Assembly (NCBI RefSeq): GCF_001457615.1
Contig: NZ_LN831024.1
Span: 2,220,001-2,252,000 of the forward strand
DNA length: 32,000 bases
DNA from: Pseudomonas aeruginosa
GTDB lineage: Bacteria > Pseudomonadota > Gammaproteobacteria > Pseudomonadales > Pseudomonadaceae
Direction: 5' to 3'
Numbering within the stretch: the first letter of the stretch is position 1; the number at the start of each line of letters is the position of its first letter. The notes beneath the pieces are model-generated. The model saw only the letters and a list, made by a program, of their open reading frames with translations. It ran no database searches and was not told the DNA's origin. Positions 9,100 to 16,503 of this stretch are shown in pieces. Position numbers and translations under genes: made by a program.

Positions 9100-9295
9100 C
9101 GCGGGTGTGCCAACAGGGCGTTGCAGGCCGGTCTCCGGGCTTGCGAGGGTCGTGAAATCCTCGCCTTCCCATGCTGGAGCACAGTGGCCTGAAGAGGATT
9201 TCGCTCGCTTACCGTTGCGGGGGCAGCGCCGGACTGATCACTGAAGTGACGCACCGGCTTCCCGTTTCACCTCCTGCGCGGCGGCAGGAGGCACC
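9100..9295 (-). promoter_or_regulatory. Cobalamin (B12) riboswitch in the 5' leader of the TBDR/ABC operon
   Basis: The minus strand reads ...GGTGAAACGGGAAGCCGGTGCG...AGTCCGGCGCTGCCCCCGCAACGGTAAGC...GCCACTG...GGGAAGGCG...AAGCCCGGAGACCGGCCT. The last element (9125-9142) fits the B12-box consensus rAGYCMGgAgaCCkGCcd at every position. The other blocks match the conserved cobalamin-riboswitch core. Confidence 0.85.
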
Positions 9296-9360
9296 TGGAA
9301 CGGGCCGGATGGGAACATCCGCACCGTTTCCAGTCAAGCCTTGAACGATCTGGATTGAAT

Positions 9361-9383
9361 AAAATGTTATACTATAACAATTC
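9361..9383. promoter_or_regulatory. Zur-box-like operator in the divergent promoter core
   Basis: AAAATGTTATACTATAACAATTC matches the gamma-proteobacterial Zur consensus GAAATGTTATAWTATAACATTTC at 20 of 23 positions. The core TGTTATA-C-TATAACA (9365-9379) is a perfect 7-1-7 palindrome. It sits in the only AT-rich patch of the intergenic region and contains -10-like hexamers on both strands (TATACT plus, TATAGT minus). Confidence 0.65.
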
Positions 9384-9474
9384 GCTTGTGCAGTCTTTCT
9401 TCGCCGGACCCCACGCCCTGGCGCAGCTTCCCGGGTCATCACATTTTCTTCACGCCGGCCTGCTATGCTGCCGG

Positions 9475-9600
9475 CCTTCCTTGGGGAGTAGCCTGCCGTC
9501 ACCCGTTGACGGCGCGCTGGTCAACATTCTTGGCAACCTGCCATGGCCAGCGCATCCAACCGGATTGGTGAGACCAACGACATTCCTGCGCCAAAGCCGG
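9475..9600 (+). promoter_or_regulatory. yybP-ykoY-type manganese riboswitch in the mntP leader
   Basis: Conserved blocks TTGGGGAGTAGCC (9481-9493), GGTCAACAT (9519-9527) and GGTGAGACCAA (9567-9577). P1-like pairing TTGG/CCAA. Internal hairpins GCCGTCA/TGACGGC and CCAA/TTGG. A further hairpin, GCCGGGC...GCCCGGC, abuts the GGAG Shine-Dalgarno of mntP. Confidence 0.75.
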
Positions 9601-9645
9601 GCCGCGGGGTCATGTCGTTGACTCATGCCCGGCTGGAGTATCCGC

Positions 9646-10215
9646 GTGAATCCCGTTTCCCTGATCTTCCTCGCCTTCGCCATGTCCACCGATGCCTTCG
9701 CCGCGGCCATCGGCAAGGGCTCCAGCCTGGATCGGCCGCGCCTGTCGGAGGCGCTGCGCACCGGGATAATCTTCGGCGTGATCGAGGCGATCACCCCTCT
9801 GGTCGGCTGGCTGCTTGGCCAGGCCGCCAGCCAGTTCGTCGCCGACTGGGACCACTGGATCGCCTTCGTCCTGCTGGTGCTGCTCGGCCTGCACATGATC
9901 CACAACGGCCTGCGCGCGGATCATGCGACGGAACAGGAAAAGCCCGGCCAGCATTCGTTCTGGATTCTCGCGGTGACGGCGCTGGCCACCAGCATCGACG
10001 CGCTGGCGGTGGGCGTCGGCCTGGCCTTCGTCGACGTCAACATCTTCCTCGCCGCTGGCGCCATCGGCCTGGCCACCATGACCATGGTCACCCTCGGCAC
10101 CATGCTCGGCCGGGCGCTCGGCGCAGTGACCGGCAAGCGCGCGGAGATGGTCGGCGGGGTGGTGCTGATCCTGGTCGGTGCGACCATTCTCTACGAGCAT
10201 CTCAGCGCGGCGTGA
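9646..10215 (+). CDS. mntP: Manganese efflux pump MntP
   Basis: Strong similarity along its length to E. coli MntP as I recall it ([17 protein letters not shown]...[22 protein letters not shown]...HWIAFVLL...[15 protein letters not shown]). Start set at GTG 9646, which has GGAG 7-11 nt upstream. The track ORF starts at 9625. Confidence 0.9.
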
Positions 10216-10268
10216 GCGGCGCCGGAGACGGGGCGGGACAGGTCGCGGCGAGTGGGTGGGCGTTCGCT

Positions 10269-10997
10269 TCAGGCGCTTTCCCAATCGCGGATTGCCGCCA
10301 GCAGCGCCTCGCCGTCGGCGAACTCGCGGTCCGCCGGCGGCAGCGGCGGACGTGCCAGGACCAGCACCGGCAGGCCCATTTCCCGCGCCACCTGGAGCTT
10401 CGGCTCGGTGGCCTGGCTACCGCTGTTCTTGCTCACCAGCACGTCGCAGGCGAGGCGCTCGAACAACGCCCGTTCGCCATCCAGGCTGAACGGCCCGCGC
10501 GCGCCGATCACCTCGGCGCGCGGCGCGGCCGGCTGGCCTTGCAGGCAGCGCACGGTCCAGTGCTGGTGCGGCGGGACCTGGCCGAGATGCTCCAGCGGTT
10601 CGCGGCCGAGGGTGAACAGCGGACGGCGGAAGGGTGCGAGGGCGGCGATCAGCTCGCGCCAGTCGGCTACCTCGCGCCAGTCGTCGCCGGGCCCGGCCTG
10701 CCAGCCGGGCCGGCGCAGTGCCCAGCAGGGCACTCCGGCCAGTCGCGCGGCGCGCACGGCGTTCCGGCTGATCCGTGCGGCGTAGGGGTGGGTGGCGTCC
10801 ACCAGCAGGTCGAAGCCCTGCTCGTCGATGAACGCCGCCAGCCCTTCGGCGCCGCCGTAGCCGCCGACCCGGACCTGGCAGGCCAGGTCGCCGGGCACCT
10901 TGCCCAGCCCGGCGAGGCTGTAGAGATGCGCCGGGCCGAGCCGGCGGGCGAGGGCCAGGGCCTCGCCGATCCCGCCGAGCAGCAACAGGCGTTTCAT
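10269..10997 (-). CDS. cobK: Precorrin-6A reductase CobK
   Basis: Only the C-terminal 242 aa of track ORF 10269..12035 look real ([21 protein letters not shown]...SKNSG...), which is the CobK/CbiJ family. Its ATG at 10995-10997 overlaps the cbiD stop (ATGA). Confidence 0.9.
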   Translation of the reverse strand: MKRLLLLGGIGEALALARRLGPAHLYSLAGLGKVPGDLACQVRVGGYGGAEGLAAFIDEQGFDLLVDATHPYAARISRNAVRAARLAGVPCWALRRPGWQAGPGDDWREVADWRELIAALAPFRRPLFTLGREPLEHLGQVPPHQHWTVRCLQGQPAAPRAEVIGARGPFSLDGERALFERLACDVLVSKNSGSQATEPKLQVAREMGLPVLVLARPPLPPADREFADGEALLAAIRDWESA

Positions 10998-12094
10998 CGG
11001 CGCTCCTCGCAGGCCTGGCCGACCAGGTTGCCCTGGCGGTCGATGGCGAAGACTTCCAGCGCCACCTCGGTGGGCACGATGCCGCGGGCGAAGCGCAGGG
11101 CGTGGGCGCAGACCGCATCGCCCAGGGCCACGCCTTCGGCGTGTGCCTGGGCCAGCGCCTGCTGGCTGGTGTTGGCGGCGCGCATGCAGTCCTGTAGCGC
11201 GGCGCTGGCGCCGAGCGCGGCAGCCCAGCCGGCCAGTTGCGGCAGGTCGATGCTGGAGTGGCGGCTGTGCAGGTCGAGGTGGCCGCCGGCGAGCTTGCTG
11301 ATCTTGCCGAAGCCGCCGCACAGGCTGAGCTTTTCCACCGGTGCCTTGCGCAGGTGCTTGAGCACCGCGCCGGCGAAGTCGCCCATCTCGATCAGGGCGA
11401 TCTCCGGCAGCCCATAGCGCCGGCGCATGGCGTCCTCGCTGGCGTTGCCGGTACAGGCGGCGATGTGACGGACGCCGTTGGCGCGAGCGACATCGATGCC
11501 CTGATGGATCGAGGCGATATAGGCCGAGCAGGAGAACGGCCGGACGATGCCGCTGGTGCCGAGGATCGACAGCCCGCCGAGGATGCCCAGGCGCGGGTTC
11601 ATGGTCTTCAGCGCCAGCTCGGCGCCGCCCTCCACGCCGATGGCGACCTCGAAGCCGCCGGCGTAGCCCCGTTCGGCGGCGAGCTGGGCGAGGTGGCGTT
11701 CGATCATCTGTCGCGGCACCGGATTGATCGCCGGCTCGCCGACCGCCAGGGTCAGCCCTGGGCGGGTCACCGTACCGACCCCGGGGCCGGCATGGAAGCG
11801 CACGCCAGGCTCGGCGCCCAGGCGCACCCGGGCGAACACCAGGGCGCCGTGGGTGACGTCGGGATCGTCGCCGGCATCCTTGAGGGTGCCGGCTTCCGCG
11901 CCGTTTTCCCAGGCGCGGCAGAATTCCAGGCGCATCAGCACCTGCTGGCCCTTGGGCAGGACGATCTGCACCGCGTCGCTGGTCGTGCCGCCCAGCAGCA
12001 GGCGCGCCGCCGCCAGGCTGGTGGCGGTGGCGCAACTGCCGGTGGTGTAGCCGCTGCGCAACGGCGCGGGCTGCTCGGGGGTTTCCTCACGCAT
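10994..12094 (-). CDS. cbiD: Cobalt-precorrin-5B / precorrin C1-methyltransferase CbiD
   Basis: 366 aa. CbiD hallmark N-terminus [19 protein letters not shown]. 8-nt overlap with the cobL 3' end. Confidence 0.92.
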   Translation of the reverse strand: MREETPEQPAPLRSGYTTGSCATATSLAAARLLLGGTTSDAVQIVLPKGQQVLMRLEFCRAWENGAEAGTLKDAGDDPDVTHGALVFARVRLGAEPGVRFHAGPGVGTVTRPGLTLAVGEPAINPVPRQMIERHLAQLAAERGYAGGFEVAIGVEGGAELALKTMNPRLGILGGLSILGTSGIVRPFSCSAYIASIHQGIDVARANGVRHIAACTGNASEDAMRRRYGLPEIALIEMGDFAGAVLKHLRKAPVEKLSLCGGFGKISKLAGGHLDLHSRHSSIDLPQLAGWAAALGASAALQDCMRAANTSQQALAQAHAEGVALGDAVCAHALRFARGIVPTEVALEVFAIDRQGNLVGQACEERR

Positions 12095-13334
12095 CGCGGG
12101 GAGGCTTCCTGGCGGCGGGTTTGCGCAATTCCAGCAGAGTGATCGGCAAGGCCTGGCGCCAGGTATCGAAACCGCCCAGCGGTCGCGCGTGGGCGACGCC
12201 GAGGCGGGTGAGGTTGCCCCCCAGGCGTTGCTGCCAGTCGAGCAGCACCCGTTCGCTCTGCAGGGTGACCGCGTTGGCGAGCAGGCGGCCGCCGGGCCGC
12301 AGGCGCTCCCAGCAGGTTTCCAGCACGCCCTCGGCGGTGACCCCGCCGCCGATGAAGATGGCGTCCGGCTCGGGCAGTTCCAGCAGCGCCTCCGGGGCGC
12401 TGCCGGCGACCAGGTGCAGGGACGGTACGCCGAGGGCGTCGCGGTTGTGGCGGATATGTTCCTGGCGCTCGTCGTTGGCTTCGATGGCGATCGCCCGGCA
12501 ACTGGGGTGCGCGCGCATCCATTCGATGCCGATGGAGCCGCAGCCGGCGCCGACGTCCCAGAGCAGCTCGCCGGGGCAGGGCGCCAGGCGCGCCAGGGTC
12601 ACGGCGCGGACGTCGCGCTTGGTCAACTGGCCGTCGTGGCGATAGGCTTCGTCGGCCAGGCCCGGGGTCAGCGGCAGGCGCACGGCGCCGGTGCCGGCGC
12701 GGCATTCCACCGCCACCAGGTTGAGATCGGCGGCGCGCGGCAGCGACCAGTCGCCGGCGAGGCCGTCGAGACGGCGCTCGAGCGGCCCGCCGAGGTGTTC
12801 CAGCACGCTCAGGCGACTGGCGCCGAAGCCACGGGCGCTCAACAGGCGGGCGATGGCGGCCGGGCTGTCGCCGTCGTTGCTGAGGACCAGCAGGCGCCGG
12901 CCGTCGTGGACCTGTGCCTGCAGCGCCGCCAGCGGACGCGCCACCAGTGACAGGCAGGCGACTTCCTGCAGGGCCCAGCCGAGGCGGGCGGCGGCCAGCG
13001 AGAGGGAGGAGGGCGCCGGCAGGACCCGCAGTTCGGTCGCCGGCAGTTGCCGGGCGAGACTGGCGCCGACGCCGAACAGCATCGGGTCGCCGCTGGCCAG
13101 CACGCAGGTCGGCTGGCCGCGCCGGGCCAGCAATGGTTCCAGGGAGAACGGCGTCGGCCAGGTTTCGCGGGCGGCGCCGATGCACGGCGGCAGCAGTTCC
13201 AGCTGGCGCGCCGCGCCGACGATCCGGCTGGCTTGCAGCAGGGCACGCCGGGCCTGCTTGCCGAGGCCGGGATAACCGTCCTCGCCGATGCCCACCAGGG
13301 TCAGCCAGGGCGGCGTCGAGTCTGCCGATGACAC
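12087..13334 (-). CDS. cobL: Precorrin-6Y C5,15-methyltransferase (decarboxylating) CobL
   Basis: 415 aa. N-terminal tetrapyrrole methylase domain ([11 protein letters not shown]...) plus a CbiT-like SAM methyltransferase domain ([15 protein letters not shown]). GTG start at 13334 with AGGAG 10 nt upstream. Confidence 0.92.
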   Translation of the reverse strand: MSSADSTPPWLTLVGIGEDGYPGLGKQARRALLQASRIVGAARQLELLPPCIGAARETWPTPFSLEPLLARRGQPTCVLASGDPMLFGVGASLARQLPATELRVLPAPSSLSLAAARLGWALQEVACLSLVARPLAALQAQVHDGRRLLVLSNDGDSPAAIARLLSARGFGASRLSVLEHLGGPLERRLDGLAGDWSLPRAADLNLVAVECRAGTGAVRLPLTPGLADEAYRHDGQLTKRDVRAVTLARLAPCPGELLWDVGAGCGSIGIEWMRAHPSCRAIAIEANDERQEHIRHNRDALGVPSLHLVAGSAPEALLELPEPDAIFIGGGVTAEGVLETCWERLRPGGRLLANAVTLQSERVLLDWQQRLGGNLTRLGVAHARPLGGFDTWRQALPITLLELRKPAARKPPRDA

Positions 13335-13435
13335 GGTTCCGATACTCCTGAAATGCGTCTGTGAAGGGCCCGCGACGGCTTCCGGACGGAATGGGTTTTC
13401 CCGGCCCCGGGCTGGGCGGCATAATAGCGCGTTCG

Positions 13436-13665
13436 TCGGTGCCCGGCCCTTTCGCGTTAGCGCGGGGCCAACGAGGGCCGAAGAGGGAACACGGAGCCGC
13501 GGTCTTTTCGAAGCCCGGGCCTAGCCGTGGCTGCCCCCGCAACTGTATGCAGCCTGTATTCGCGCCATTCGCCACTGGATTACCGGGAAGGCGGCGCGAA
13601 GCGGAGGTTCCTCCCCCGGGTGGAACGCCGGGCTGCGAGCCAGGAGACCTGCCGCCGAAACCAGT
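13436..13665 (+). promoter_or_regulatory. Cobalamin (B12) riboswitch in the cobGHIJ leader
   Basis: Plus strand reads ...GGTGCC...AGAGGGAACACGGAGCCGCGGTC...GCCGTGGCTGCCCCCGCAACTGTATGC...GCCACTGG...GGGAAGGCGGCG...GAGCCAGGAGACCTGCCG. The last element (13637-13654) fits the B12-box consensus at every position. A CATAAT -10-like hexamer lies at 13420-13425. Confidence 0.85.
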
Positions 13666-13688
13666 CGCGAGTGCCAACATCGGGCGGG

Positions 13689-15131
13689 GTGTACCGATGC
13701 CGTGGTCTGTCCCTGGGGGACAGCGGTGCGGTCGCCGCGACGCCGATTCGAGTAGCGTTTTTGAACGACGACCAGACCCCGGCGCCCCTGCCCGTACCAC
13801 GTCCGTCGCCCTGTCCCGGCCTGCTGCGTATCGTCCAGGCGCTGGACGGCGGCATCTGCCGCATCAAGCTCGACGCCGGCCGCCTGGACGCCGCCCAGGC
13901 ACGCGCCGTGGCGGCCGCGGCGCGGGATTGCGCCAGCGGCGTGATCGAGGCGACCAACCGTTCCAACCTGCAATTGCGCGGCGTCCGTCGCGGCGAGGAA
14001 GAGCGGCTTGTCCGCCGCCTGCTGGACGCCGGCCTCGGTCCCCGGCATGGGTCCCTGGCCGGCGCCGACGACGTGCGCAACCTGATGCTCAGCCCGGCCG
14101 CCGGGCTCGATCCGCACCTGTCGCTGGACGTGCGCCCGCTGGCCGCTCGGCTGTTGCTGCGGCTCCAGGCGGACAGCCGCTACCACGCGCTGTCGGCCAA
14201 GTTCGCCATCCAGCTGGACGGCGGCGAAGACCTGGCGATGCTCGAACATCCCCATGACATTTGGCTCTCGCCGATGCCCGCGGCGCCGACCGCGACGCTG
14301 GTCTTCGGACTCGCCGGCTGCCCGGCCCGCGACCGCCCCCTGGCGGCGTTGCCGGCGGAGCGGGGCGAGTCCCTGGTGCTGGCGTTGCTCGACCTGTTCC
14401 TCGAGCGCGCCCAGCCGCAACAGACGCGGATGCGCCACCTGTTGCAGGAGCTGGACGGAGAACCCTTGCTGGAGGCCTTGCAGGCGCGCCTGGATTTCCC
14501 TCTGCGGCGTGACGAGCGGGTGGCGGCCTGGCGGCGTTCGCCGGGGCGTCCGTGGAGTCATCTCGGCGTCCAGCCGCAACGCCAGCCGGGCCTGGTGATG
14601 GTCGGCGCGGCGGCGCCGCTCGGCCGGCTCGACAGCGCTTGCCTGGAAGGCCTGGCCGAGCTGGTCGAACGCCATGGCGACGGCAGCCTGCGCCTGACCC
14701 CCTGGCAAGGCGTGCTCCTGCCGAACCTGGCGCATGCCGAGGCCGACCAGGCGCTGCTCGGCCTGCGCGGACTCGGCCTGCTGACCGAGCCCGATGCGCC
14801 GTTGGCGCGGCTGATCGCCTGCAGCGGTTCCAGCGCCTGCGCCAGAGGCCTGGCCGACACCAAGGGCGACGCCTTGCGCCTGGCCGAACGCCTCGGCCCG
14901 CGCAGCGACCTGCCGCAACTGCACCTGTGCGGCTGCGAACGGTCCTGCGCCGCCGCCCACCGCGCGCCGCTCACCCTGCTGGCGCGCAGCGGCGGGTTCT
15001 ACGACCTGTACCGGCACGACCCATGTCACCCCGGATTCGGCCAGTTGCTGGCCAGCCGCCTGACTTTCGCCACGGCCGCCGACTACCTGGCGGCCCTGCC
15101 TTCCCAGCCCACTTCCGGAAAACCCGCATGA
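13689..15131 (+). CDS. cobG: Precorrin-3B synthase CobG (O2-dependent, sulfite/nitrite-reductase-like Fe-S protein)
   Basis: Conserved CPGLLRIV... near the N-terminus and cysteine clusters ACSGSSACARGLADTKGD and LHLCGCERSCA. The start is uncertain: there is no in-frame ATG, and the candidates are GTG 13689 (used here) or TTG 13761. The track start at 13527 lies inside the riboswitch and is rejected. The stop overlaps the cobH ATG (ATGA). Confidence 0.8.
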   Translation: MYRCRGLSLGDSGAVAATPIRVAFLNDDQTPAPLPVPRPSPCPGLLRIVQALDGGICRIKLDAGRLDAAQARAVAAAARDCASGVIEATNRSNLQLRGVRRGEEERLVRRLLDAGLGPRHGSLAGADDVRNLMLSPAAGLDPHLSLDVRPLAARLLLRLQADSRYHALSAKFAIQLDGGEDLAMLEHPHDIWLSPMPAAPTATLVFGLAGCPARDRPLAALPAERGESLVLALLDLFLERAQPQQTRMRHLLQELDGEPLLEALQARLDFPLRRDERVAAWRRSPGRPWSHLGVQPQRQPGLVMVGAAAPLGRLDSACLEGLAELVERHGDGSLRLTPWQGVLLPNLAHAEADQALLGLRGLGLLTEPDAPLARLIACSGSSACARGLADTKGDALRLAERLGPRSDLPQLHLCGCERSCAAAHRAPLTLLARSGGFYDLYRHDPCHPGFGQLLASRLTFATAADYLAALPSQPTSGKPA

Positions 15132-15754
15132 TTGACTACATCCGCGATGGCCAGGCGATCTATCGCCAGTCGTTCGCCACCATCCGCGCCGAAGCGAACC
15201 TCGCCGGCATCCCGGCCGACCTTGAAAAGCTCGCGGTCAGGGTGATCCACGCCTGCGGCATGGTCGACGTGGTCGACGACCTGCGCTTCTCGCCCGGCGC
15301 CGGCGCCGCCGGCCGCGCCGCGCTGGCCGCCGGCGCGGCGATCCTCTGCGACGCGCGGATGGTCGCCGAAGGCGTGACCCGCTCGCGGCTGCCCGCCGCC
15401 AACCGGGTGATCTGCACCCTCAACGAAGCGGACGTGCCGGCGCTCGCCACGGAACTCGGCAATACCCGCTCGGCGGTGGCCCTGGAGCACTGGCGCGAGC
15501 ACCTGGAGGGCAGCGTGGTGGTGATCGGCAACGCGCCGACCGCGCTGTTCTACCTGCTGGAAATGCTCGACGCCGGCGCGCCGAAACCGGCGCTGATCCT
15601 GGGCTTTCCGGTCGGCTTCGTCGGCGCCGCGGAATCCAAGGAGATGCTCGCCGCCGATAGCCGCGGGGTGCCCTACGTGATCGTCCGCGGTCGCCGTGGC
15701 GGCAGCGCCATGGCCGCCGCGGCGGTGAACGCCCTGGCCACGGAGCGCGAATGA
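15128..15754 (+). CDS. cobH: Precorrin-8X methylmutase CobH
   Basis: 208 aa starting [22 protein letters not shown]...VIHACGM...[10 protein letters not shown], the CobH/CbiC family. ATGA overlaps on both sides. Confidence 0.92.
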   Translation: MIDYIRDGQAIYRQSFATIRAEANLAGIPADLEKLAVRVIHACGMVDVVDDLRFSPGAGAAGRAALAAGAAILCDARMVAEGVTRSRLPAANRVICTLNEADVPALATELGNTRSAVALEHWREHLEGSVVVIGNAPTALFYLLEMLDAGAPKPALILGFPVGFVGAAESKEMLAADSRGVPYVIVRGRRGGSAMAAAAVNALATERE

Positions 15755-16503
15755 TGAGTGTCGTGAAGGGCCGCCTGCTGGGCCTGGGCGTCGGGCCCGG
15801 CGATCCCGAACTGATCACCCTCAAGGCCCTGCGCCTGCTGCGCGCGGCGCCGGTGGTCGGCTATTTCGTGGCCAAGGGCAAGAAGGGCAACGCCTTCGGC
15901 ATCATCGAGGCGCACCTGGACCAGGCCCAGGTGCGCCTGCCGCTGGTCTATCCGGTGACCACCGAGAAGCTGGAACCGCCGCTGTGCTACGAGACCATCA
16001 TCAGCGATTTCTACGACACCGCCGCCGAACAGCTGGCCGCGCACCTGGACGCCGGCCGCGACGTGGCGGTGATCTGCGAGGGCGACCCGTTCTTCTACGG
16101 TTCCTACATGTACCTGCACGACCGCCTGGCGATGCGCTACGAAAGCGAAGTGGTGCCTGGCGTCTGCTCGATGCTCGGCGGCGCGGCGGTGCTCGGTGCG
16201 CCGCTGGTGTACCGCAACCAGAGCCTCTCGGTGCTCTCCGGAGTGCTGCCCGAGGAGGAGTTGCGCCGGCGCCTGGCGGATGCCGACGCGGCGGTGGTGA
16301 TGAAGCTCGGCCGCAATTTCGACAAGGTCCGCCGCGTGCTGGTCGAGCTTGGCCTCGAGCGCCGCGCGCTGTACGTTGAGCGGGCGACCATGGCCAACCA
16401 GCGGATCGTGCCGTTGGAACGGGTGGAGCCGATGGCCTCGCCGTACTTCTCGCTGATCGTCGTCCCCGGCGACAAGTGGCAGGGAGGGGCCGGCGGTGAG
16501 TGA
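15751..16503 (+). CDS. cobI: Precorrin-2 C20-methyltransferase CobI
   Basis: 250 aa. Class III tetrapyrrole methylase motifs ([20 protein letters not shown]..., ...[11 protein letters not shown]...). Confidence 0.92.
   Translation: MMSVVKGRLLGLGVGPGDPELITLKALRLLRAAPVVGYFVAKGKKGNAFGIIEAHLDQAQVRLPLVYPVTTEKLEPPLCYETIISDFYDTAAEQLAAHLDAGRDVAVICEGDPFFYGSYMYLHDRLAMRYESEVVPGVCSMLGGAAVLGAPLVYRNQSLSVLSGVLPEEELRRRLADADAAVVMKLGRNFDKVRRVLVELGLERRALYVERATMANQRIVPLERVEPMASPYFSLIVVPGDKWQGGAGGE

Noticed and set aside
9361-9383. Reading the AT-rich palindrome as a Fur box or MntR site
   Set aside because: The half-sites TGTTATA/TATAACA fit the Zur consensus much better than the Fur consensus GATAATGATAATCATTATC or the E. 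coli MntR-type site.
9355-9621. 88-aa and 61-aa plus-strand ORFs in the TBDR/mntP intergenic region
   Set aside because: The region is better explained by the Zur box and the Mn riboswitch. The ORFs have no SD, start inside the AT-rich promoter core and show no coding-like composition.
13335-13435. A second cobalamin riboswitch serving cobL on the minus strand
   Set aside because: I found no B12 box or core motifs on the minus strand, and the available leader space of about 85 bp is too short.
10998-13800. The N-terminal 346 aa of ORF 10269..12035, and the 621-aa ORF 11935..13800
   Set aside because: Only the last 242 aa of the first ORF resemble CobK, and its real ATG (10995-10997) forms an ATGA junction with cbiD. 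The rest is an alternate frame of cbiD and cobL with Arg/Pro-rich nonsense composition.
13521-15029. 502-aa minus-strand ORF antisense to cobG. Similar cases are 16001..17704 and 17521..19602 on the minus strand and 9543..11417 on the plus strand
   Set aside because: Each lies opposite or out of frame to a well-supported gene and lacks any family signature. These are high-GC open-frame artefacts.
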